Assembly (NCBI GenBank): GCA_011049095.1
Contig: DSDE01000470.1
Span: 1-32,932 of the forward strand
DNA from: Fidelibacterota bacterium
Lineage (GTDB): Bacteria > Fidelibacterota > Fidelibacteria > Fidelibacterales > DSDE01
DNA: 32,932 nucleotides
Direction of reading: 5' to 3'
Below the pieces are notes generated by a model. It was given only the letters and a program-made list of their open reading frames with translations. It did no database searches and had not been told where the DNA came from. The position numbers were made by a program, and so were the translations under genes. Shown in pieces: positions 9,050 to 16,391 of the stretch; position 1 is the stretch's first letter; each line of letters opens with the position of its first letter.

Positions 9050-10495
9050 TTGAGCGAAGAAAGAATTATCAATGTGCTGCTTATTGAAGATGAAGTTTTT
9101 GATGTGCAGAGAGTCAAAAATACTGTAAAACAAGCGCCCTATATACATATTTTGCATGTGGTGCCAAACGGGAATGAAAGTCTGGATATTCTTAAAAAAT
9201 GCCCGATTGATGTGGTGATTATGGATTTTCAGATTGCCGGCGGACTGCAAGGTGAGTCATTGATTCAGGCTATCAAAACCATCAACAGCCAGCTTCAGAT
9301 AATTGTTATCACAAAAATGACTATCAACCAGACGGACTTTAAATTTGCCAATTCGCTTATTGAAGCCGGCGCCTATTGGTTTTGCACCAAATATCCCGGC
9401 GACATCGAGGACTATATCTACCAGCCCACCGATTTTGTTCTCAGCATCAAAAATGCCTGGGAAAAAAAGAAGCTGGAGGAGGCACGAAGCCTCTCAGAAA
9501 ATCGTCTCAATAAAAATATTCAGGCTGTTTTGAAGGATAAAAAAATTATTGGCGAATCCCTTGTTATTCAAAAGATGATTCAGCGCATACATAAATTTGC
9601 CGCCACTCAGGCCAGCGTTCTTATCACAGGCGCTTCTGGAACGGGCAAGGAGCTGGTGGCCACACATATCCATTACAAGAGCCCCCGTAAATATGAGCCA
9701 TTTGTGACTGTCAATTGCGGCGGAATTCCGTCAGAGCTCCTCGAGAGTGAACTTTTTGGCTTTGAGAAAGGGAGTTTTACCGGCGCTGGACATAGCCGGG
9801 AAGGACTTTTTGAGCAGGCCGACGGTGGCACGATTTTTCTCGATGAAATCGGCGAGCTGCCACTTAATGCCCAGTCCAAACTGCTGCGAGTGCTGCAGGA
9901 AGGGGAAATTGACAAAATCGGTCGCCGCAAGCAATATAAAGTAGATGTGCGGGTGATAGCTGCGAGCAATAAAAAGCTTGCCGAACAGGTTAAGAAAAAA
10001 GCTTTTCGGGAAGACCTTTTCTATCGTTTAAATGTGCTGCAAATTGAAGTTCCGCCCCTGGCTGAGCGGCTTGATGATATTCCACTGCTGGTCAGCCATT
10101 TTCTAAATATCTTTGCCGGTGACTTTTTGGAGAATCTGCCGGTTTTGACGGAAGAGAGCATCCAAATTCTCAAAAGCTTTCACTGGCCTGGTAATGTTCG
10201 TCAGCTTCAGAATGTGGTGCAGAGGATACTCTTTTCCTATGAAGATGAGATAACGCCGGAGACAGTGCGCATTGCTATCGGTGTACCAGAAAAAGAGAAC
10301 CATATCGCATCCTTTCGGGAACAGTTTAATCCTGCCAATATTCAGATGCTCCGAGATATAGAGTCCCATTTTCGTCGGGAATATATACAGTTTGTCCGTA
10401 GCCATAGTGACACCGATGCCGAGGCAGCTCGTAAGCTGGGTATAGCGCCGCCCAATTTTCACCGAATGTGCAAAGAGCTGGGTATCAAAGGCTGA
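9050..10495 (+). CDS. Sigma54-dependent response regulator (NtrC family: REC + AAA+ + Fis-type HTH)
   Basis: TTG start with an AAGGA SD. The REC domain has INVLLIEDE and DVVIMDFQ. The AAA+ domain has Walker A (GASGTGKE), Walker B (IFLDEIGEL) and the sigma54-contact loop ELFGFEKGSFTGA (GAFTGA variant). The C-terminal HTH is AARKLGIAPPNFHRMCKELGI. Confidence 0.9.
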   Translation: MSEERIINVLLIEDEVFDVQRVKNTVKQAPYIHILHVVPNGNESLDILKKCPIDVVIMDFQIAGGLQGESLIQAIKTINSQLQIIVITKMTINQTDFKFANSLIEAGAYWFCTKYPGDIEDYIYQPTDFVLSIKNAWEKKKLEEARSLSENRLNKNIQAVLKDKKIIGESLVIQKMIQRIHKFAATQASVLITGASGTGKELVATHIHYKSPRKYEPFVTVNCGGIPSELLESELFGFEKGSFTGAGHSREGLFEQADGGTIFLDEIGELPLNAQSKLLRVLQEGEIDKIGRRKQYKVDVRVIAASNKKLAEQVKKKAFREDLFYRLNVLQIEVPPLAERLDDIPLLVSHFLNIFAGDFLENLPVLTEESIQILKSFHWPGNVRQLQNVVQRILFSYEDEITPETVRIAIGVPEKENHIASFREQFNPANIQMLRDIESHFRREYIQFVRSHSDTDAEAARKLGIAPPNFHRMCKELGIKG

Positions 10496-10512
10496 AAAGG
10501 ATAAGAGAGGGA

Positions 10513-10556
10513 AGCAAGCCAAATCACGACGGCAGACCTGGCTTGCTCTTTGTTTA
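10513..10556 (+). terminator. Candidate intrinsic terminator between convergent operons
   Basis: A 9-bp stem AGCAAGCCA (10513-10521) / TGGCTTGCT (10539-10547) is followed by CTTTGTTT. The 17-nt loop is long for a classic terminator. Confidence 0.45.
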
Positions 10557-10569
10557 AAATATTTTTAAA

Positions 10570-11829
10570 TCAAAAATCTGCTCTGATTTTTGCGTAGAGC
10601 ATATCATTATAATCGTACTGGCCAAACATACCATTATCGCCGGTGAAAATATTTGCACCCAGCGTGAAGCCTAGTCCGTTTCCAAAATCATAGCCAATTT
10701 TGGGACGCAGCAGCGCATCACCATCATTTATCCCGATATAAGTGAACAGCTCCAGCGATAAGGTTTCACGAAAGAAAGTTTCCCGCAGCATCAAAGTAGC
10801 CATATATTCGTATTCTTCTTTCATTAGTGATTCATCGTAATCGAGTATGGCTTCCTGTATAATCTGAGTGCTCATGTCGATGCCCAGAAGATTGAGATCG
10901 AAGGCGATAAGGCTGTGAATATAGTTTTTTTCCAAGCTAATGGAGGGAAGCGGCTGGGCTGATTGTACCAGGCTTTGCAATTGGTCAGGGGACATTGCAA
11001 GCTGAAGCCGTTTTCCCATATAAAGGGCGCTTTCTCCACGTAAAACCCATCCGCTTATGGGTTTATTAAAAGCGAAGCCGCCAATAGCGAGTCGGTGATG
11101 CCGCGGTTGAAGGGTTAGCTCAGGCCCATCTTGTGTAAGCTGAAGCGATTTTAGAGCATAAACAGGGTTATCATCCCAGGCATAGCCACCAATTAACTCA
11201 AAGTCTATAGTCGAGCTCATTAAGGCATAGCGTCCAAATATTTCACTATTTTCCAGGGAAGGAGCAATATTTTCCTGGTCATAGTCTATGATTGGCTCCA
11301 CTGGAAAGGGTTTTGTCGGCGCCCAGATGCTGCCGTCTTCCGGAAATTTAGTCGCTGTAAATTGGGGTACCCACACAAGGTCTAATTGCCCGCTGCCGCG
11401 GTAAAAGCTCACTTTGGCAGAGGTTACGCCGGAGCGGATTTCCTCAAAATCACGCAACAGAAATTCTTCCAGATTTTTTGGTGAAATAATATCGGTGATG
11501 AATACACCATCGGCTTTTCCCCAGATGATTTGCTGATGACCAATTCGCAGGTCAAAATTCTCTCGGTAATAGTCAAGATAGAGCTGACGAATTCCTATTT
11601 TCAGACTGTCGCTGCTGTTATACTGGTAGATATAGGGATTGGCTTTCCAGGCAAATTTGCCGTTGCCGTCGCTTAGTTCCAGATTTAGAGTATTCTGCAG
11701 GACGGCCTGGCTGCCGTCGTTGATGAGCCAGCCGCTGTAATGGCGGGCATATCCATTCAGGGATGGCATAGCCCAAAGCGCTGCAAAACTGATAAGGCTA
11801 AGGCTTATTCCCTTTAGAAATTGATTCAT
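10570..11829 (-). CDS. Outer-membrane beta-barrel protein (DUF1302-like), module A
   Basis: Signal peptide MNQFLKGISLSLISFAALWA. The C-terminal ...YAKIRADF ends in an aromatic residue, as OMPs typically do. The motif LRIGHQQIIWGKADG..ITDIISP resembles the GRQ..WG motif of DUF1302 barrels. The start overlaps the upstream stop (ATGA at 11826-11829). Confidence 0.65.
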   Translation of the reverse strand: MNQFLKGISLSLISFAALWAMPSLNGYARHYSGWLINDGSQAVLQNTLNLELSDGNGKFAWKANPYIYQYNSSDSLKIGIRQLYLDYYRENFDLRIGHQQIIWGKADGVFITDIISPKNLEEFLLRDFEEIRSGVTSAKVSFYRGSGQLDLVWVPQFTATKFPEDGSIWAPTKPFPVEPIIDYDQENIAPSLENSEIFGRYALMSSTIDFELIGGYAWDDNPVYALKSLQLTQDGPELTLQPRHHRLAIGGFAFNKPISGWVLRGESALYMGKRLQLAMSPDQLQSLVQSAQPLPSISLEKNYIHSLIAFDLNLLGIDMSTQIIQEAILDYDESLMKEEYEYMATLMLRETFFRETLSLELFTYIGINDGDALLRPKIGYDFGNGLGFTLGANIFTGDNGMFGQYDYNDMLYAKIRADF

Positions 11830-12593
11830 CGCACACCTCGTTGCATCATCCGTTCAGTAAAGATCCCGTCATCTACCGCTTGGTTAATCTTAATATTTTT
11901 CATTTCTATTCGAGTGCGGTGATCTTTTTGAACATTGTGCATTTCCATTATGGGGATAACCCAGTAACCGCTGATCTGTTCATATTTTTGAATATTCAGA
12001 GTTTTAAGATGTTCGCCATCCTCGTCATAAAATTCTTTTTTCAGGCCAATCCATTTATCTTTGATAATCCAGGTGATTGTATGGCTGTACATATTGTCAT
12101 CATCTTTGGGTCTGCTTTCGATGACGTAGCAATTTTCTCCATTCAGAGTTTCTTCCCGAAGGATTTTGTGATCATCTTTATCAGGATGCCGTTCGCCCAG
12201 GTCATCATAGGTAAAGTCACTTCCCATAAAATAATCGCTTTTGCTGTCAGAGGCGATGCGCTTAACTTTTTTTAGCGCCGGAAGATAAATCCACTGATCA
12301 TCATCCTGGCCTGAATCATAGCTCCAGTTCATAAAACTGGTATTACGCACATCGGCTGGCGCTTTGAAAAACATTATTTTTTTCTCATGGTCGCCGAAGT
12401 CTTTAAGAAATTGCTGTATCGTTCTTTCTCGTAGGTCTCCACGGCTATTGGTGAGGCTCATTGTGAGGTCAGATAGAATAGTTTGACCGGTGGGGCGCTC
12501 ATAGACTTTCATCATAATGCTGTGGCCATCGGGATTTTGTGCCCATAGATTGAGGGCTAAAAATATCGTCAGGCCAATGATTCGCTTTTTCAT
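11826..12593 (-). CDS. Secreted LolA-like protein (outer membrane lipoprotein-sorting protein family), module A
   Basis: Signal peptide MKKRIIGLTIFLALNLWA with no Cys, so it is soluble and periplasmic. Family hallmarks are WIYLPALKKVKRI and FMGSDFTYDDLG. Overlaps the MMPL-A stop (ATGA at 12590-12593). Confidence 0.8.
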   Translation of the reverse strand: MKKRIIGLTIFLALNLWAQNPDGHSIMMKVYERPTGQTILSDLTMSLTNSRGDLRERTIQQFLKDFGDHEKKIMFFKAPADVRNTSFMNWSYDSGQDDDQWIYLPALKKVKRIASDSKSDYFMGSDFTYDDLGERHPDKDDHKILREETLNGENCYVIESRPKDDDNMYSHTITWIIKDKWIGLKKEFYDEDGEHLKTLNIQKYEQISGYWVIPIMEMHNVQKDHRTRIEMKNIKINQAVDDGIFTERMMQRGVR

Positions 12594-14929
12594 TTTATCT
12601 CCTTTCTGTTTGTGAGTTCAGCAGATTCTTGTTCTGAAATCTGCTTTGTTTTGTTTTCATAATATTTTCGCAGCAATATATAGAGGACGCTCATTGTCGC
12701 CAGAAAACTCACCAGCATATTCAGTGAAATAAGCGCTCCTAAAGTGCGGTTAGGCGGAAAAACAGAAGCCAGCAGCACCATAAAGCCGGCGATGACCACC
12801 AAAGCATTGAATAAAATAGCGCGTCCGCTGCTGACCATTGTCTGCAGGCTGACCCATGGCAGATTTTTATTTTTTTCAAAAAATTTGCGGTATTTATCAA
12901 TAAAATGTACGGCATAATCAATGCCTATTCCCACAGCTATACTGGAAATCAGTGCGGTGGTGGTGCTAAGCGGTATATTTAAGAAGCCCATGACACCAAA
13001 GCTGATGATGGATGTGATGATGATGGGCAAAGCTCCCAGCAGGCCGATGGCGATGCTGCGAAACATCAGCGCCAGCAGTATAATCACAATTAAAACTGAG
13101 ATTAGCAGAGAGCTGATTTGTCCCTTGAGGATTAAATCGGTAAAAACATAGGCTTTATACCCTGAACCAGCATAATTAAGCTCGATATTCAGCGCGGCAA
13201 AGTCGCTGTGAAAGCTCTCAACACTCTCCATAGCCTGCTCCAGAGCTTTGCTGTTGTCGCTTTTTAGCTGAAATGTGATATTGGCTTTGGCATAATTATA
13301 GTCCACTAGTTTCCAGAGCTTATCCGGATCGCCGCTCATCTCATAAAGCAGCAGATATTGGGCAATCATATCTGATGACTCGGGAATTGTCTCCCAGGCT
13401 GGGTCGTCTGCATGCATGACCTTATTCATCCGTTTAAGATAGTCACTCAGCGAGAAACTGCTGCCTACCAGCGGGTTACGGCTTTCAGTGCTAGTCTGCA
13501 TCTTTTCCATAAGCAGCAGGGTGGCCGGCTGTTTCATAGCCTCAGGGCTTCCCTCAAGAATAACATTCAGGGTGCTGGTGCCTCCAAAGTGCTGGTTAAT
13601 AAAGGCATCTGTCTGAACGATATTGCTGTCTTTTTCAAACTTATCCAGAAAAGAGCTGTCAATCCAGATTCTTGATGCACCGTAAAAAGCAATCAGCAGG
13701 ATAACTGTAATGCTCATCATTATCAAAACCCGGTGAGAGGGCAGCCATTCGGTGAGATTGATAAGCCACGGAGCGCTTTTTTCACTATAGTCTTCGTCTT
13801 TTTTGGAATGTGTCGTTTTCCGGCTTCCAAAAAGCAAAATGCTGGCAGATAAAAAGAGAAGTGAAAGCAAGAGTTCTACAAATACCCCAAATGCCGTGAA
13901 AATCCCAAAATATTTGATGGGATAGACTTGTGAGCTAATGAGGGAGAAAAAACCTACCATCGTCGTAAAGGCCGCCATACTAACCGGGCTGACCATTGCG
14001 GTAATCATTGCGCTTACAGCCTGTTTTTTATCGTAATCAGGCTTATCCCGTCGAATGAGATTATAACTGTTTAACAAGTGGATGCCATAGGCTACACCAA
14101 TGGCGATAAGCATGACAGGTATCATTGTGCTGACTGAATAAAGCGGGATTCCAAGCCAACCCATCAGACCAAAAGTCCACACCGAGCTAAAAACCACGCT
14201 GAGCAAGATGAGCAAAGAGCCGATGAAACTGCGCAACAGCAGCAGTAAAACCACAAAGATGACAGCCACCACCAGCGGAACCATTTTTTTCATATCGGCA
14301 GGCATAAGCTTTGCGAGAGTCCCTTCAACGATTGGCGAGCCAGCTATGTACAACTTCTCGGGGCCTTCAAAGCTTTTTACCAGTGTGAGCAGCTCCTCAT
14401 AAAAAGCCTCGCTGAAAACATCGTCATTGATTTGAGCGATGATGAGCGCAGTGCGGCCATCTTTGCTCACTATGCGACTGTGAACCATTTCATTGGATTC
14501 TACGCTTTGCCGCAATTCCTGAAGCTTGATCTCACTTTTAGGAATCTTTTTGTAAAAAGCATTCACCTCCAGGCTGCCATCATTGCCCACAATATTGTCA
14601 GCCGTGTATAGCGATGTCACATCAGCAGGCTCGATCTGCTCCATCTTCTGCAGTGCACGGGTCAAATCTTTGATTTTTTCCAATGTTACACTGTTGTAAA
14701 TATTTTCCGGCGCTTCTATAGCGATAATAATTCCGTCCTTGATATTAAACCAGCTTTCGGCTTCTTCACTATACATAAAAGCCGGATGGGATTTGGGCAT
14801 GTACTCATCCAGGTCGGTCTCCATCCGAATATTTTCCTTCATTTGATAAAAGAAAAATGCGCTCACCGCCAAGGTCACAATGAGAATGCTCATCGGATAC
14901 TTTAGCAGGCCATTTAAATACTTGTTCAT
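12590..14929 (-). CDS. MMPL / RND-superfamily inner-membrane transporter (HpnN/MmpL-like), module A, 779 aa
   Basis: Two repeats, each of one TM helix, a large periplasmic loop and a five-TM bundle. The second-half motif is GIGIDYAVH and the first-half counterpart is AIGVAYGIH. An AGGAGA SD precedes the ATG at 14927-14929. Confidence 0.9.
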   Translation of the reverse strand: MNKYLNGLLKYPMSILIVTLAVSAFFFYQMKENIRMETDLDEYMPKSHPAFMYSEEAESWFNIKDGIIIAIEAPENIYNSVTLEKIKDLTRALQKMEQIEPADVTSLYTADNIVGNDGSLEVNAFYKKIPKSEIKLQELRQSVESNEMVHSRIVSKDGRTALIIAQINDDVFSEAFYEELLTLVKSFEGPEKLYIAGSPIVEGTLAKLMPADMKKMVPLVVAVIFVVLLLLLRSFIGSLLILLSVVFSSVWTFGLMGWLGIPLYSVSTMIPVMLIAIGVAYGIHLLNSYNLIRRDKPDYDKKQAVSAMITAMVSPVSMAAFTTMVGFFSLISSQVYPIKYFGIFTAFGVFVELLLSLLFLSASILLFGSRKTTHSKKDEDYSEKSAPWLINLTEWLPSHRVLIMMSITVILLIAFYGASRIWIDSSFLDKFEKDSNIVQTDAFINQHFGGTSTLNVILEGSPEAMKQPATLLLMEKMQTSTESRNPLVGSSFSLSDYLKRMNKVMHADDPAWETIPESSDMIAQYLLLYEMSGDPDKLWKLVDYNYAKANITFQLKSDNSKALEQAMESVESFHSDFAALNIELNYAGSGYKAYVFTDLILKGQISSLLISVLIVIILLALMFRSIAIGLLGALPIIITSIISFGVMGFLNIPLSTTTALISSIAVGIGIDYAVHFIDKYRKFFEKNKNLPWVSLQTMVSSGRAILFNALVVIAGFMVLLASVFPPNRTLGALISLNMLVSFLATMSVLYILLRKYYENKTKQISEQESAELTNRKEIK

Positions 14930-14945
14930 TTTGTCTCCTATATTT

Positions 14946-14961
14946 GTTATCGTTAGCTAAC
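14946..14961. promoter_or_regulatory. Operator-like palindrome GTTATCGTTAGCTAAC (GTTA-N8-TAAC) between tetR-A and MMPL-A
   Basis: Contains the perfect 10-bp palindrome GTTAGCTAAC. It matches the inverted reading of the site at 15575-15590 (GTTATCGGTCGTTAAC) at 13 of 16 positions. Confidence 0.4.
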
Positions 14962-14980
14962 ATATTCATGGTAAAAAATT

Positions 14981-15562
14981 TTACTTAATCATCTGTTTTA
15001 GGGTGAGGATAATTGCCCGTACGCGGCTGATCATGTCAAAGCGAAAGCCAAGCCGCCGCCATTCGGAAACGATTTTGTGAATCAGTCCAACGATGATTAA
15101 AACCAAATCTGCTGCCGGAAGCTCTTGGCGAATCTGAGCTTCTGCCTGGGCCGCTTCAATAAGTCCTTGCAGATAGTTTTGACGCCGCAGAATAATCTCC
15201 TGCAGTTTTGCTGCGGCTGCTGAATCCGGCGGAAAGATTTCATCGTTGAAAAGAACGGCTGTCATCTCTTGATTTTTTTCTAGATATTGAACCATTCGAA
15301 TGATGAATTGATAGAGCCGCTCATCTGCCCTGGCAATCTTGTCCAGCTCCTGTTTCATATTTAAAAATTGATCGGATAAAGTGTCGAGAATGGCAAATAT
15401 AATAGCTTCTTTATTCTGAAAATGGCGGTAGATGGCCGGTTCGCTGATACCCACATTTTTTGCTAGCTCCCGAATCGAAAGATTGCTGTAGCCGCGAAAA
15501 TGAATGATGCGTAGCGCCTCCTGCCTTATCTGTTTCTGCCGTTCTTCACTTGTTCGTCGCAT
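14981..15562 (-). CDS. TetR/AcrR family transcriptional regulator, module A
   Basis: ORF trimmed to the ATG at 15560-15562, which has a GGAGG SD. The TetR_N HTH is GYSNLSIRELAKNVGISEPAIYRHFQNKEAI. Confidence 0.9.
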   Translation of the reverse strand: MRRTSEERQKQIRQEALRIIHFRGYSNLSIRELAKNVGISEPAIYRHFQNKEAIIFAILDTLSDQFLNMKQELDKIARADERLYQFIIRMVQYLEKNQEMTAVLFNDEIFPPDSAAAAKLQEIILRRQNYLQGLIEAAQAEAQIRQELPAADLVLIIVGLIHKIVSEWRRLGFRFDMISRVRAIILTLKQMIK

Positions 15563-15574
15563 TTTACCTCCACA

Positions 15575-15619
15575 GTTAACGACCGATAACATAATACGAA
15601 ATTTATTTTCTCTTTGCAA
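15575..15619 (-). promoter_or_regulatory. tetR-A sigma70-type promoter with overlapping operator-like palindrome
   Basis: The minus strand reads TTGCAA (15614-15619), a 17-nt spacer, TATTAT (15591-15596), then immediately GTTATCGGTCGTTAAC (15575-15590). The imperfect palindrome GTTA-N8-TAAC therefore covers the expected transcription start. Confidence 0.5.
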
Positions 15620-15680
15620 ATATTATTTTGCTTCTTTTTTAAAAAAAAATTCATAAACTGTACTTAGAAAGGGAAAAATA

Positions 15681-16151
15681 ATGAAGCGAGAAAAATTTCT
15701 GGAGATTTTGAGCTGGGAGCATCATGATGGCCTGGTGATTGCGCTGCGTCTGGAAAAAGGGCTGGAGAATGGCACCGAGTTGTGGCTTCTCAAAGATTAT
15801 TTGCTGGATAAATGGAATCATGCGCTGAAAGACCATTTTCAAAGTGAAGAGCGCTATCTCATTCAACCGGCGCAATATTATGAGCCCGATTCTGCGCCCA
15901 TTCAGAAGATGATGCAGCAGCATGAAGTGATAACAAAGCTGGTGGAAACGATTTTAGATAAGGCAAACAAAGCGAACATTGAGAAATTCATAGCCGCCCT
16001 GCGGCAGCATATTCAGTTTGAGGAAAAAGAGCTCTTTCCCTATCTTGAATCGCTCCTGGAACCCGAGCTAAAGGATAAAATCGCCCAATGCCTCAGCATT
16101 CATTATGTAAAAGGTGATAAGGGTTGGGACCCTGAGTTCTGGAAAACGTAA
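15681..16151 (+). CDS. Hemerythrin-like (HHE cation-binding domain-like) protein
   Basis: Helical His/Glu pattern: WEHHDG, DHFQSEERYL, QQHEVI, RQHIQFEEKELFPYLE. No signal peptide. SD-like AAAGGGAAA upstream. Confidence 0.55.
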   Translation: MKREKFLEILSWEHHDGLVIALRLEKGLENGTELWLLKDYLLDKWNHALKDHFQSEERYLIQPAQYYEPDSAPIQKMMQQHEVITKLVETILDKANKANIEKFIAALRQHIQFEEKELFPYLESLLEPELKDKIAQCLSIHYVKGDKGWDPEFWKT

Positions 16152-16241
16152 TTAATTCCCGGCTTATCAGATCAATTCTAATTCTAAAAATTTCTGAAAT
16201 AATCGTAAGGATCATCGGCGTTTTATATATTTCCGCTGGAA

Positions 16242-16298
16242 ATTGATTTTGTTATAATCAATAAGCTGAATCATAATAAACAGTTAGACGACTGTTTA
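16242..16298 (+). promoter_or_regulatory. Extended -10-like element inside an inverted repeat, followed by a second inverted repeat
   Basis: TGTTATAAT (16250-16258) lies inside the IR ATTGATT (16242-16248) / AATCAAT (16256-16262). It is followed by an 8-bp IR TAAACAGT (16277-16284) / ACTGTTTA (16291-16298) with a 6-nt spacer. Confidence 0.3.
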
Positions 16299-16324
16299 GA
16301 AAAATAAATATTTTATGCATAATG

Positions 16325-16371
16325 TTGAAAAGGCTGAAGATAATCTATATATTATGACTGACCAGTCGGTC
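16325..16371 (+). promoter_or_regulatory. tetR-B sigma70-type promoter with overlapping palindromes
   Basis: TTGAAA (16325-16330), a 17-nt spacer, TATATT (16348-16353). These are followed by GACTG-AC-CAGTC (16356-16367) overlapping GACC-AGTC-GGTC (16360-16371), just upstream of the GAGGAGGAG SD. Confidence 0.5.
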
Positions 16372-16391
16372 GGAAAGAAAGAGGAGGAGAA

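Noticed and set aside
10103-10522. 139-aa minus-strand ORF
   Set aside because: It is antisense to the 3' end of the sigma54 response regulator, whose HTH motif is intact on the plus strand.
11841-12275. 144-aa plus-strand ORF
   Set aside because: It is antisense to LolA-like-A, which has a signal peptide, family motifs and translational coupling.
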